Assembly: GCA_965287045.1 (NCBI GenBank)
Contig: OZ336876.1
Location: forward strand, 70,742,001 to 70,806,000
DNA: 64,000 bases
Source: Carcharhinus amblyrhynchos
Lineage: Eukaryota
Direction of reading: 5' to 3'
The notes below the pieces were generated by a model. It searched no databases, was not told the DNA's origin, and saw nothing but the letters and a program-made list of their open reading frames with translations. The first letter of the stretch is position 1, and each line of letters begins with the position of its first letter. Of this stretch, positions 1 through 13,000 are shown piece after piece. The position numbers were made by a program, and so were the translations under genes.

Positions 1-540
1 TTCTTCAGTTCCTGCCTAATATTGTTGGTAATTAGCCTTCCCCCAATTTAGCCCCTTAACTTGAGGACTACACTTATCTTTATCCATCAGTACCTTAATG
101 CTTACTGAATTGTGGTCACTGTTCCCAAACTGCTCCCCTACTGAAACCTGGCTGGGTTCATTCCCCAATACTAGGTCCAGTATGGCCCCTTCGCTAGTTG
201 GACTATCTACAAACTGTTTCAAGGAACCCTGCTGGATGCTCCTTACAAATTCTGCCCCATCTATGCCCCCAGCACTGAGTGAGTCCCAGTCAATATAGGT
301 GAAGTTACTTTTACACTTTGCCAAAATCTGCCTACATATCTGTTCCTCTATCTCCCACTGGGTGGCCTATAGTAAACCCCAAGATTGTGACTACACCTTT
401 CCTATTCCTGACCTCTACCCAGCCTCACTGTGTGAGCCTTCCTAGGTGTCCTCCTGGAGTACAGTTGTGATATTCTCCTTAACCAATAGTGCAACTCCCC
501 CACCCCTTTTACATCCCCCTCTATCCCACTCTTGGTGACT
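1..540 (-). mobile_element. CR1-type LINE fragment (APE endonuclease region, degenerate)
   Basis: ORFs 16..324 and 442..669 give GGGVALLVKENIT, FVRSIQQGSLKQFVDSPTSEGAILDLVLGNEP and NSDHNSV, matching the endonuclease of the CR1 ORF2 at 53271. Confidence 0.85.
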
Positions 541-544
541 GTCA

Positions 545-1420
545 AATTGACGGCCGTTCCGAACTTTAATGTGACTGGCTGTTTCCAGACTCTGAGCGGA
601 GATGTATGTGCACACCTGTGTTAAGCGGATCACAGAGGCCCTGTATGCCCAGACTGGACAGTACATCAAATTTAACCTGGACCAGGCCCATCAGGAAGCC
701 TGGGCTGCAGGGTTCGAAGCCAGTGCGGGGATGCCTAATGTATAGAGGGTCATCGACTGCACATGTCGCCCTCAAGGCCCCCTGACAGAGTCCACGGAAA
801 TTCATGAACAGAAAGGGGTTCCACTCCCTGAATGTTCAACTCATGTGTGACCATAACATGATCACTTTACATGTCTGCACAAGAGACCCAGGCAATGTGC
901 AGGACAGCTTCATTGTCAGGAGCTCAGACAACCTGGAGGCATTTGAGGAGGAGCCCAGGCTGTGGGAGTGTCTCCTGGGTGATATGGGTTACCTGCTTCG
1001 GACATGGCTGATGACTGTGCACAGACCTGTGACTGAGGCAGAGACCCACTATAATGAGGGCCATGTAGCCACCTGCGTAATAGTGGAGAGGTGCAACGGG
1101 CTCCTTAAAATGCGATCCCGATGCCTGCACCATTCTGGCGGGGCCCTCCAATACAGCCCTGTGATCTCTTCCTGCATGGTGGTCATGTGCACAACCTGGC
1201 TCTATAAAGAGGTGACATTTTGGAGGTGGGGAAGGAGGACGTGGAGACTGACCAGCCAGGCATTACTGGGGAGGATGACCAGCTGGAGGAAGAATGGGAG
1301 GAGGCAGATGAGAAAGAGCATGCCGAGGTGACTGTCCAGACCAGACGCTGGAGGGCTGGCAGCTCAAATGAGGTATTGGAGGACGGCAAGGGAGGCCCTG
1401 ATCACCAGGCAGTTCACTCA
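545..1420 (+). mobile_element. PIF/Harbinger DDE transposase pseudogene (HARBI1-like)
   Basis: VIDCTHVAL, MNRKGFHSLNVQLMCD, PGNVQDSFI, LLGDMGY, HYNEGHVATCVIVERCNGLLKMRSRCL, GGALQYSP, then an acidic tail; in-frame stops upstream of 804. Confidence 0.85.
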
Positions 1421-1879
1421 CTGGGGGTTTGTGTCCGTGAGTTCTATCCTCCACCCACCCCACCCCCCAAATTCCTTCTATTTCCTGCAACATTGTTACA
1501 TCAGAGTGGTGGGCCTGGGTGCTCTGTGTTCATGAATTTTTTGGCAGGCAGAAAGGTAATGACGACTCACAAAGCACTATTAAGATGATGCCCTGGTGCA
1601 AACTAGTCTGACTTCTATCTGAGCTCCACATGCACGCTGGCACCTGAGCCCTGGGCAAGGGATCTGAAACCCTCTTACAGGGCCCAGGGCGTGTGGGTTG
1701 AGAGACGGAAGGGAATGGCTCATGGGATCTGGGGAACCAATGGCTTCCTATTCTCAGTGACACAACTTCGAGGGGCCTCCCCAACTGACATCAATATGAA
1801 GCATCCCTCCAGTGATCAACAATGAAAGAGAATTCCTATTCAAGGCAAATCTGAGACAAATTAGTCATAGGTGTGTGGT

Positions 1880-3370
1880 GAAAAAACATTTTATTGAAAT
1901 AACGGTGTTTAAATACGACATTCCAATGTAAAAACTTGTGAACAGAAAACGTTGAGGTGCTTAAATATCTTTCTAACTAGCGCGGCCACTCACACATGCC
2001 ATCTCAGTGCAACTACAACTTCCTAACTTTATGTGGCCTATCATTACGTCTCAGTGACTCCCCAGAATGTACATCGGAGGTGGAGGGGGCCAGCTGCATA
2101 CCTCGTCCTGTGGCCTGTGATGCCCTTGGCAGGCATCTGGAGGCCCTGGACCTCGTGGGCTCTGGCCAGCTTCTAGGTGTCTGGGATGTTTCCATGACAT
2201 CCCCTTCATTCCGGAGATGCCCTAGTATCAGGAAGGCAGGGAGTCAGAAAGTGTAACCACAGTCACAGTCTCCTGGCTGGAAGGCCCTGGCATGGGCTCG
2301 AACCCTTCCTTCTCCCTTGTGGTTCCTGTGGGCCCCCAGGTCACTCCATGGGATGGTAGTACTTTTACAGTGAGCTCCAGAAGCTTTGGCATCACCTGGT
2401 ACTGCCAGTCCTGAAGGACCATCTGTGTCCTACCCAAGCCCTCAGTGATGGCCACTTGAATCAGGGGCCACCTCTCAATGGCCACAGCAAGTGCTCTCTG
2501 AGATTAGGCCCTGAATTGCAACCCCTCAGTCATGGCCTTCTGCGACTGGGCCATGTTCTCAAGGGCTGCTGCCATACTTCTTTGTGTCTCAGTGCTGTCC
2601 CACTGGGTCTCCTGCAAGCTCCTGAGCCTCTCAGCCATGGGCTGCAGAACTTAGATCCTGTTCAGTCCCTCAGCTGTGGCCTGCTGTGACTCAGCCATTG
2701 CTTGGAGCCTGCCACTCAGGGTGAGGATCCCCTTCTCCAGGCTTTCCACTGCAGATGCCACCCTTGCTGTGTTGGCCTGGGAAGCATGAAAGACAGGCAA
2801 TAGCTTGTCCGCCTGAAAGCTTTGGGATTTCTCTTAACAGCCTCACAGTTGGTTCAGTGTGGCCATCAGCCTCTCCTGCATTTCATGGCTCTGTTGCTGC
2901 ATCTCCAGCAGCTGAAGGAGAAGTGATCTCAGAGGCCCAGCATGTAGCCTGGGGCCAGCTGAGTCCTCGCTTCCGGCAGGCCCCCGCATGCCAGAGGCTT
3001 TGGACGTTCCCTCCTCCACCCAATGTACATTATCAGATGTGTCCTGCTCACCAGAGAGTGACCCAGAAGTCTCATCACCTACTGGACCCACTGATGTGTC
3101 AGTACCTTAGACAGTGAGTTGTGAGGTGGCAGCTGACAACAAAACTGTGCCACCTTCGGAGATTCCTTTGCCCGTATCGTTTGAGGACTTGTCTGGGCTG
3201 TCTTGACCAGGACGAGCAGGAGCTGCAGTGCAGGCCTGATACCATATGAAGTGCAGGATGCCCCAGAATGTGGAGATGGTGAAGTTGGTGCCTGGCCTCC
3301 ATCCAGTAAGGAACAAATCTTAATGTCTGTACTGAGCAACTTAAGGCTGACGCATGGTCCCACTCACTTT
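1880..3370 (-). mobile_element. Probable Harbinger second ORF remnant (convergent with the transposase)
   Basis: Broken minus-strand ORFs with coiled-coil (LLEMQQQSHEMQERL) and low-complexity sequence ending RRNDRPHKVRKL*; minus-strand AATAAA near 1890; the Myb domain itself was not seen. Confidence 0.45.
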
Positions 3371-5063
3371 CTCCTCTCACAATTGCGATGCCACCAAAAG
3401 AGAGTGAGGCCAGACTGCTTGAGGCCAACACCACTACATCCAACAGCCTGCAGAAAAAAGGGGAAGGTGAAGGTGAACAAGACATAGCACCCAAGGAGTA
3501 ATCACAGCAGTATCCTGCACCCTCCATCAGCCAGAGACACACACCTCAGTGGGTTTAATAGTTAGTTCAGGCAGGATTTCACTTTCTAGTACTTATTACA
3601 TAGACACCATTCCTCAGCAGGGGAAGACAGAGACAGTCAAACTGTTAACTGTTGGGGAAAAGGCTATGGCAAAGTCTGAGTCAGATAATGAGCTTCTGGG
3701 ACTGATCCTACACAGCATGCTTGATATTCAGCAAGAGGCAGGGAGAGTCAGCCAGAAATGTGGGAGGCCTTCAACATAGTGACACATGAAGTGGAGGAGT
3801 CTGGCTACTTTCTGATAAAGTTGTACAGGCGAATCTCTGTGGCGAGAGTGGCATGTGCTATGGAGACGCTTGTCCAGCAGAATGACTTGTTTCTGGCAGA
3901 GATGAGTCCAAATGCGCAACCCAGTACAGTATCCATGAGTGAGATTTTGTTATAGCTACAGACGATGGTGACAAGGTACCTCAACCTCCCTCTAGGTGCC
4001 CCTTCTCAAGGAATCAGATGGAGACCTGTCAGCATCTAAAGGACAGAAGAGAGGCAGGCAACCACTCCTGAACTCTCCCCTCTAAGAGTGCATGATGCCT
4101 CTGATCTCACCAGCCTTAGGTCTCTGGGATAGTAAGATAGTAAATGGCCTAAGATAGTAAATGGCATTGAACATAGAACAAGAACAACATTTACCTTTGA
4201 ATAAACTGCAAGAATGGAACACGAGGATACTTATTCAAGCTAGTAAAAGGGTAGTTTCTGTTCATACATGACATGAACTGCCAGAGTAGTGGAGCAAAAA
4301 ACACTTCGGAATGATTTGAGAAACAATTGCAGTGGGGTAATGTCATGTCTTCATAAGTGAATGGACTATAATGATCAAAACAACATGCCTTCTCCATGTT
4401 AGCCTTTGTAATTTCTGATAAAAAATAACTAGGTAACTGGCCTGAAGTAACTGAGCTGAGCAGTATCAAACCTTACTTCCCGGTTGAATCTGAGAATCTT
4501 GTTACTTACGTTTAAATATAACTTTCACTGGTTGTTCTGAACCATATACTGTAAATTTGTATCATTGTGGGTGACATTTTCTGAGATTAGAGCCATTCGT
4601 TGTTGACCCTCTGGCATAGTAAGTGAGGAGAGAAATCAAAGCAGCGTTAAAAACAGAGACCTAGATTCGGAATCTGGAAACTCCATGCTTTATCTAAAAT
4701 TGGCACCGGGACCCCAGATCTGGAAGTTCCAGCTTCATTTGCCACAGGATCTATTTTTACCTGTAGGGTTGAGTTTTTAGGGAATGTGAGAGTTACAGGG
4801 CCTAACATTGTATAAAAACAATTGGGACAATGTGTCGGGGGACTGGAGTGGTCCTTTTAACTAGCCCGCCTGAGCACTTGAACTGACTCTGGAGCGGGAG
4901 ACCCAGATCCAACAAACACCTGCCTCATGCACACCTTCTGCACACCTGCCCTCAAATCCCCAATCCCCAGAACAATGATTCTGTTATCTGGGGCATTAAG
5001 GCGGGTGTAGCAAGCCAGGAAAATTCCTGATTGGTGAAAATCTGTGTCAGTGTGTTCATTTTT

Positions 5064-5397
5064 ATAGAATCATAGAATTTTTACAGTGCAGAAGGAAGCA
5101 TTTCGGCCCATCAAGCCTGTACCGACAACAATCCCACCCAAGCCCTAATCCCTGAAACCTCATGTATTTACCCTGCTAATCCCCCTGGCACTAAAGATCG
5201 TCAATTTAACATGGCCAATCAACCTAACCTGCACATATTTGGACTGTGGGAGGAAGCTGGAACACCCAGAGGAAACCCACGCAGACATGGGAAGAAAATG
5301 CAAACTCTGCACTAACAGTGATCTGAGTCCAAAATTGAACCCGGGTTCCTGGCGCTGTGAGGCAGTAGTGCTAACCATTGTGATACTACATTGCCCA
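5064..5397 (-). mobile_element. Shark tRNA-derived SINE (HE1-like)
   Basis: Core ggactgtgggaggaa..ggaaacccacgcagacatggg..gcaaactc plus CR1-like tail; same repeat at 24.7k, 29.1k, 32.3k and 51.3k. Confidence 0.75.
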
Positions 5398-6768
5398 TTT
5401 TCTTTGTTTTTTTTAACATCTGTTATAACAATCCTGGGGCTGGGACAAAAGGGTCATTTGACTGCACGTGACGATTTAACGCAGCAAGTCAAGTGATTAA
5501 ATCTCTAAGAATACTTCCAACCGGGATCAACTCACAGATGGAAAGACATTGTGGGTGAACTTGTAGTTTTTCAGCAACCTGCTAGAGCTGACTCACAGGT
5601 GATGTCTGTGCCCATGTCTTGAACGAGCGTGGCAAAATGATGTAATTGCCTCTCCTTTATGGAGTACGTTCCAGGAATCATGTCTTCATAATAGACATCT
5701 TGTTCTCTGTAGCTATGTTAGAACGTTATTTGGGACTTTGGGCCTGTATACAAAGCAAGCATTTATTATGCTTTTGTGAACCAGAGTTCATTGGAAAGTT
5801 GTTTGGAATAGCTTTATGGCCCAGGTTAACCCCATGTGCAGAACAATTTGCAGGAAATGTTATACAAAGAGCAAACAGTCCACCTGGTGGTGAAATGATG
5901 GTATATGATTCAAAAATCTTCACCATTGCTTTTAACGGCAGTGGTTTGCAACATTGGTTCAGCAATCCAATAACATATTATGAAATTCTTTGGAATCTCA
6001 ACCTTCTCTCTTTCCTCCCCTTTCTCCCACCATACAAATTTATAAAATAGTAATGAAAACAAAGCAAACCACTATTAAATGAAGGAATTATTATTTTTCA
6101 TTAAATGTTAGAACAATATATCTCAAAAAATTTAGTATAATTTTCAAATGACTTAGGGATGCTCTGGGATTCTTTGAATTCCAGGGGACCCAGGTTGAAA
6201 AACACTATCTTACAGGAACATTGCTAATGTAGAGTTGTTTAACTCGGGTGATGTTTATCATCAATCTCAAATGCATTTTTCTTGCTGCTTCTCAAGATTG
6301 ACCTGATGCCGAACAGACAAAATGTTAATTTAGTTCTTGGATTTCACATTCAGTTCCTTCAATATTTTTCAGATTAAAATCTTAAAATGTGTCAATTAGT
6401 GGCTGTGTGTGAAAGAAAAGCAGAATTGGAGGTGGAATCTTGACATTTTGGTTGGGGGCGAGGTCAGTTTTGTGAGCCGGACTTAATTCAGGCGAATTGA
6501 TTCCTAAACCAGCATAAAAAGACTGCAGAAAAGATGACAATGAGTGGTTTGGGTGCAATCCACCTACATTTAAAGTTTCCTGATTTTATGCATCGGTATT
6601 ATCGACTCTGCCTGGTTTGCATCGATATCATAACACAAGCAAGTGGAAGCTGTTCCTAAGGACAAGAGACTAAATGTTATTTTTTCGTTACCTTTTGATT
6701 TTTAGAAGTAGGGACAGTACGCCCTTGAGACAAGATCACATTCCTCAAGAGTTTTAACTGTCTCTAAG

Positions 6769-7069
6769 TTCTTATGCAGGCTACAACAGGGTCAAGTGGA
6801 ACGAGCAATTGTCAAAACTGGAAGGAAGACAGCAGAATTCGAAGATACTCCTGAACGCAGAGAATTTTGCAAATGGCCGTGCAAGTGCTCACGCAAACCT
6901 TTGTGTTTACCTGGAGTAAGCCTGGTTACTGATGGCTGTGGGTGTTGCAAAACCTGTGCTAAGCAATTTGGAGAGCTCTGCACTGAAGCTGACACTTGTG
7001 ACCCTCACAAGAATTTGTACTGTGACTATTCTGGTGATAGACCTAAGTACGAATTTGGAATATGTGCAT
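6769..7069 (+). CDS. CCN6: CCN6 exon 2 (IGFBP domain)
   Basis: ctctaag|TTC TTA TGC AGG (FLCR)...[11 protein letters not shown]...GICA T|gtaagt; 12 Cys in the domain. Confidence 0.9.
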
Positions 7070-10000
7070 GTAAGTTGAAACTGAACAATAGTTCCTGGTT
7101 CAATTTTTATGAAAGTAATGAATTTCTTGTTCTTTCAAGGGATGTGGGTGTTACTGCCAAGGTCAGCAATTGTTGCCTATCCTTAATTGCCCTTCAGAAG
7201 GTGAGCCACCGCTGAGTTGAACCATTGCTGTCCATCTGGTGCAGTTACATCCACAGTGCTGCTAGGAACTCTCCAGGATTTAGATCCCCAACACTGATGA
7301 AACAATGGGAATGTTAAGAAGGTCCGTAGCCTTCATGGTAGCTAGCCCTTTCAGCTGTTTCTTGATATTATGTGGGATGAATCAGATTGGCTGAAGATTG
7401 GCACCTGTGATGGTAGGGACCCTGGAAAAAGATAATAAACACTGGTCTTACTATCAACAACCATATCCCGATTAGATGGAAAAAAATTTCGGGATGTGAT
7501 GGAATGAATATTACCAATTTCCAAACATATAGGTGGGATTTTCAGGCCACATGCACCCCAAGACTGGAAATTCCTGCCTGAGCTCAGCGGACTTTTAAAT
7601 GGCCTGCCAAACTTTTTGTCTCTCTCCACCCTCCCCCCCCCCCCCCCCATGATTCCTGTGGCAGGTGAAACGGGAAATTTTGAGCCATTGTATTTTCCCA
7701 ATTTTATGTTGCAAAATCCTTTAAATTCCACAGGTACTTCAGTGTGAATTGTGCCTATCATGAGCCTTCTGGTTTACTAACTTGACCAGATAATGCAATA
7801 AGTGAAATAGTGAGAAAGAGTGAAATGCCGTAGCAGAATGACATGGGTAGTGCATGTGTGCTGAAATAACATTATAAAATGGGTGCCAGATGATCAAGGG
7901 AAGTAGGAGGAAGAAAAAGTGCATGAATAGTAAAAACTAAAATGGTGGGATTGCTTCCAGTTAGACTTGAATGGAAGAATGATATTGGGTAGACAGTTGG
8001 GAGAGCTTTTAATGTGGGGGATGTTTAAGCTTCATACCTCTCTTGAACTCTGCGACTGAATGACTGGACAATTCAAGGCCTATTTTTTGAAATTAAGAGG
8101 TCCACAACCCACATCATAAATTTAATATTGTAGGAAAATCAAAGTTCCTTCTAATTCTACTCCTGTAAGATTTTCAACAAAAACAAGAAAACTCAATAGG
8201 TTGTGTATAACTGGTGAATTTTTTGGGAGTTCATCATAAAGTGCAAATGGTATCATTCTCGTGCCTTTCACATCATCTGAGCTCCTAAATGGACATGATT
8301 ACTGTCTCAATTTAAATACTGAGTGACTCTGGATTACTATTAAATTTTGGTCAAAGAAAAATCACTCTATATCGTGTACTTTAAAAATACAAATTGTTAC
8401 AATGCAATTTGTTATGCTATTTTTGTACTTGATAGCAATCTATGCACGTGCCACATTTTCAAACAGTAGAACTTGACCAATAATGCTCATACACAGAGCC
8501 CCTGTTCTGCAGTAACAGAAGAAATCCGATTTGGCTAAGATCAAGTGCAGTATCAACATGCTGTGCTTGGTTGAAGTCATTAGGTTACATTTTAGCTTTA
8601 TTTGAAGCAATTTTTAAAAGAGGCATCTTGGCCTTTTGGCTAAAATGCAAATGAGATCTAGCCTTGGGGGAGGAGCTACACCTACTCCAATCAGCTTGGA
8701 TCATGTAGATCAAGCCCAAGACAGGAGGTGAGAGCCCTGTCTTGTCAGCTTGGATCGGGAATGTCTCAACTTGTTGAGACTCTGAATTGGACTTGATTTG
8801 ATTGAATTGGAATAAAAACAAAAAAAAAACAAATTGGCAGCCTTCAGATTTCACTATTCCAAGTCACTGGCAAAAGCATGCTTACAGCAAATTTTTCACT
8901 GTGCTTGAAAAAAGAAATTCTGCAACAATTGCCTGCCTAATTATGTGCTGTGCTAGCACAACAAATTTCAACTTGTAGTAATAACGAGGACTAAATTTCA
9001 CCTACTCATAGCCACTTTGGTGGGAGAGCAATAGAATTCCCAATAAAGCATTGCCAATGTTTAAATTATTTGTCTGAGTTTCAACAATGTTTCTGTTCAA
9101 ATACAAGAACCAAGTGAGAGAACTCCCAAATATCCATTTAGTTGCATCTAATAATGGTGGGTTTTGAGTATGTGGCTAACTGTTTCTAGATAAATACATA
9201 ACAAGCTGGTGAAAGTTTTGTCAAAACCTTTTTCTGTCATTTTTACAATGTCTTATCTGATAGCAAGTAAGCAGAAATTTTCCAACATCTAGAATATTCT
9301 CTCTCCTATTTTCAACATGGTAGTTCACTACCCAATTATTGTAATTTTGCAAGCCACAAAAATCAAAATTCAGTTAGTTAGAATGTTACACAACCCATGA
9401 TGATAATAGTGAAATACTTATCTCTTTCCAGGTTTTCAAAAATTGAGATTGACAATTTTATTTTTGACATCTATTTTATATATTTACTCATTAATTTTTC
9501 AAACTACTCTGCTTTCTTTAGATACTCTTGGAGTCGGGTGTGAGTCAAATGGAATCTATTACAGGCATGGGCAGACATTCCAGCCACACTGTCACTATAA
9601 ATGCACATGTGTGAATGGTGCATTTGGATGTACACCCACCTGTACAAAGAAATTGGCAACTGGCCGGTGTAGAAATCCCAAGGCCATAAAGATATCTGAA
9701 TATTGCTGTGAAAAGTCTATTTGTGATAAGACTGGAGTGAAGAATCAGCAGGTAGCAACATATAGAGTAATGTCCGGTAGGTGATTAAATAAGCTCACTC
9801 AGTCAAGGGTTTGGAGATGTATATACCTCAGCTGCAAAGTAATAGCACAGTTGATGATACTCAGCCGAGTAAATGGATAGCTCTTCTACTTGTTTGACAG
9901 GCGTGAGATTGACTTTATCAATTATTAGCCAGCTAAAAAGGAGATGTTTCTGCTTCAGATAGAATAGCCTGGAATACTCATAGGCCCCATTTGGCAGCTG

Positions 10001-13000
10001 CACTCTGAAAAAAAATACAGAGTAGCATTGATATTGAAGGTGCCTGCAAATGTGTGGATATGAAAGAAAAAGAGAATCAAGCGGGCAAACTGGGAATTAA
10101 AATCCAAATAAATAAAAATAAAAATTGCCAGCAAGTACAGACCATGTAATGTTGGCGTAGAAATACTTCACACTGCAGCCTTTGGATAGCTGATTCTAAC
10201 ATTTGAGGAATGTGAAATTTCAGCATTTCCATTTAAAAAAATATCGTTGTGAAAAAGGTGATTTTTAAGACTGCTTACTTTTTAAGTTACATTATTTATA
10301 TAAGGCATGGGAGGTTTTGGAAATCTGGGCTTAGAACACTAATGTTTATTTTCTTTGAATAATTTTGTTTAAATATTATGTGGATGACGTAACCAGGACA
10401 ACTTGTCCCATCCAAGGAGGAGATTTTATTTTGTAAAGATTCAATATGGCAGCAAAGCCAAACATGTTTGGTGAAATGAATTGCTTCAGTCTGGTAAACA
10501 TCATTAACTCTATGCACAAATTTCAGCTCCATTTAGTAAAATTATAATGTGAAGTAAAAAGGACGTCATGATAATTTGGCAGACTTGCAAGCTTTATTCT
10601 GTTTGGAATTAGAAAGAGCAAAGAAGTAATGTACGTGGCAATATAAACATCTCCATATTAAACTTTGGAAAACATATTATCACTTTACAGAATGTTCCTT
10701 CCAAATCTATGGGCAGAATTTTATGGGATTCCACTAGCAGTTTGCAGGTAGAGAAGTGGCATGGGGAAAGATTTTGAGGCTGATGGGAGGGGTTCAGGAA
10801 TGGATGGGTTTTAAAGCATGGAAGGTAAATTTGCTCAGGCATTTGGCAAGAAGACAGCAACATCTCCATTACTGACTCTTTTTTGAGATTAGATACCCCC
10901 AACCAATGGCTGGGTCTCCTGGGTGCTCTTTGTATGCCAGTCATGAAAAATCACAAACCCCATTGGAAAAATTCTACTCTATCATTCTTTCAATAGAATT
11001 TGGAAAGACGTGGTTATGATATGTAAATAACTCATTTAGCTGAACATGTATTAATCGTACAAATGATGCTTTATTAAGCCATGTAAATTTAGCATTAAAA
11101 TGATGAAATAATTATTGTATATTGTATAGCGTATATTGGACAATCTCCTCGGTTCTGATAACTGGTGAGTTGGGTTACATCCAATTAATTCTTGTGTTCC
11201 ACAAAGCTTTTATGCCTTCAAGTAATGTGAAGGAATTAACAATACATTTTGGCCATGCTTCAGTACTGAAATGACTTCTGTATGCAATTATTTTATATAA
11301 AACCCATTAATCCTTTTTATGTTATTTTACATTCTTCCTTTTAAAGATTTTTTTATGTGCATCTCTTCATTTCTGACCTAACAATCCACTGAGAATGTTA
11401 TTGTTTAGATCACAAATTCATCTGCTATTTTCTAAACTATTTTACTGTAGTTGCTATGTGTTTGCTGATGTCCTAATCTCACTATATCCTGTAATCTTCT
11501 CCATTCTTTCTCACAGTTTGTAATGGTCTGTAATTTGCTGTTGTTAGCAGTTTTCCATTTCTATCCTAAATCATTCCTGTATAGGCAGATCCCAAAAACA
11601 TAATACAAGCTATGTCTTGCTAATCCGAGAAAAATGCTGTTAAGGTTCCCCACAGAGACTGATAACTTTTAAAAGCAAGTAATCCCCACAACACCAACAA
11701 AAAGAAAATCTATGGATAAGATTTCACTTACCACCTTAAAACCAACATAATTCAAATATAAATTTCAAATAATAGAGGTAAATTTCACTTTAAGTAGTCG
11801 ATACACCAAAGATATGCAACATGTAGTTATAAGCACTTGCTTTACTTTCCTCACAAACGTGGCACCACATACAATCCCACTGTCTTTCCAGTTCAACCTC
11901 CATTAGCTGGGGGCTCTTGCTTCCCGCTCAGTTATTTCTGTTCTTGTTGTATTCACCACCTGCAGTTTCCTGCCGTGGATGCAGTTGACACCAGCAAGGC
12001 ACATACTTACAAACTGTCTCACTCAGATCACAGCACTCCTCGTGGCAGAGAATCCCAAGAGATTCCCTTCTTCATTCCTTTTAATGGTGTGGTTGACTCT
12101 GTCAACGCTGAAAAGCAGCAGTAAGTCTTGCCCAAATCACAATTCCCTGATTTACCTGGTTTTTGGCCCTCTGTCCTTTCCAACTATATAACACAGTCTC
12201 TGCTCTATTCTCCTTATGCACCGTAACACTTCTATGATGCTGTGATTCTCAGAGACCTGCTTCAGAAACAGGATCTGGTCTGAACTGCCAAACGGAAACA
12301 TGATTAATTTATGAGAACTTTGCTCGTTTCTGCTCATACATGAATTCTAAGTTGTCTGCCCTGTCTGTCCCAAACACCCAACACCACTGCAATTTAATCT
12401 CTATTTACCCTTTGCTTTTCATTCACATGGCGACCTCAGGCACATGGGCAATTCTTGCTGCTTGCTAGGAAATCTATTTACTCCTTTCTGAATACTCAGC
12501 AGTTTCCCTGGTCTCAAAGAGGACATTACACAGGAATGCAAAAACAGGCTTTTCCAAAAGGCATAAGTCATCACAGTCCTTGAAATCAATGCTTTCTATC
12601 TTTCAGCCACCTTACTCTTTCTGTGCCATTTCCTCATCTTCAATACCATGGGCCTTAAATTTGCATCTGAAAGCAAATTGATATCTGTGTTGGTGTGTCT
12701 CAGGCCTACATTTGTTTATATTACCAGTTTATAAGGCAAGACCAGTAGTATGGCGGAAGAAATGTCTGCTTCAAACAACTCCATGGAGCTCATGTTCAAA
12801 ATCCTGTGACATGGGAATTTCAGTCAGAGTGACAAATGACAACAGCAAATGTGAACTTGAGAGAGAAAATAGACTGTGCTTTATTCGACCTTGTGACACA
12901 AGATTATTGAAAAATATGAAGGTAAATCACTTCTGAAATTATCTACTAGTCACATCAGCAGTATTTCTTTGGATGGGGAGGTGGGTCGTGGAGAGTGAGA

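Noticed and set aside
804-1331. Domesticated HARBI1 gene
   Set aside because: In-frame stops upstream, a frameshift after GALQYSP and TE context indicate a decayed transposon copy.
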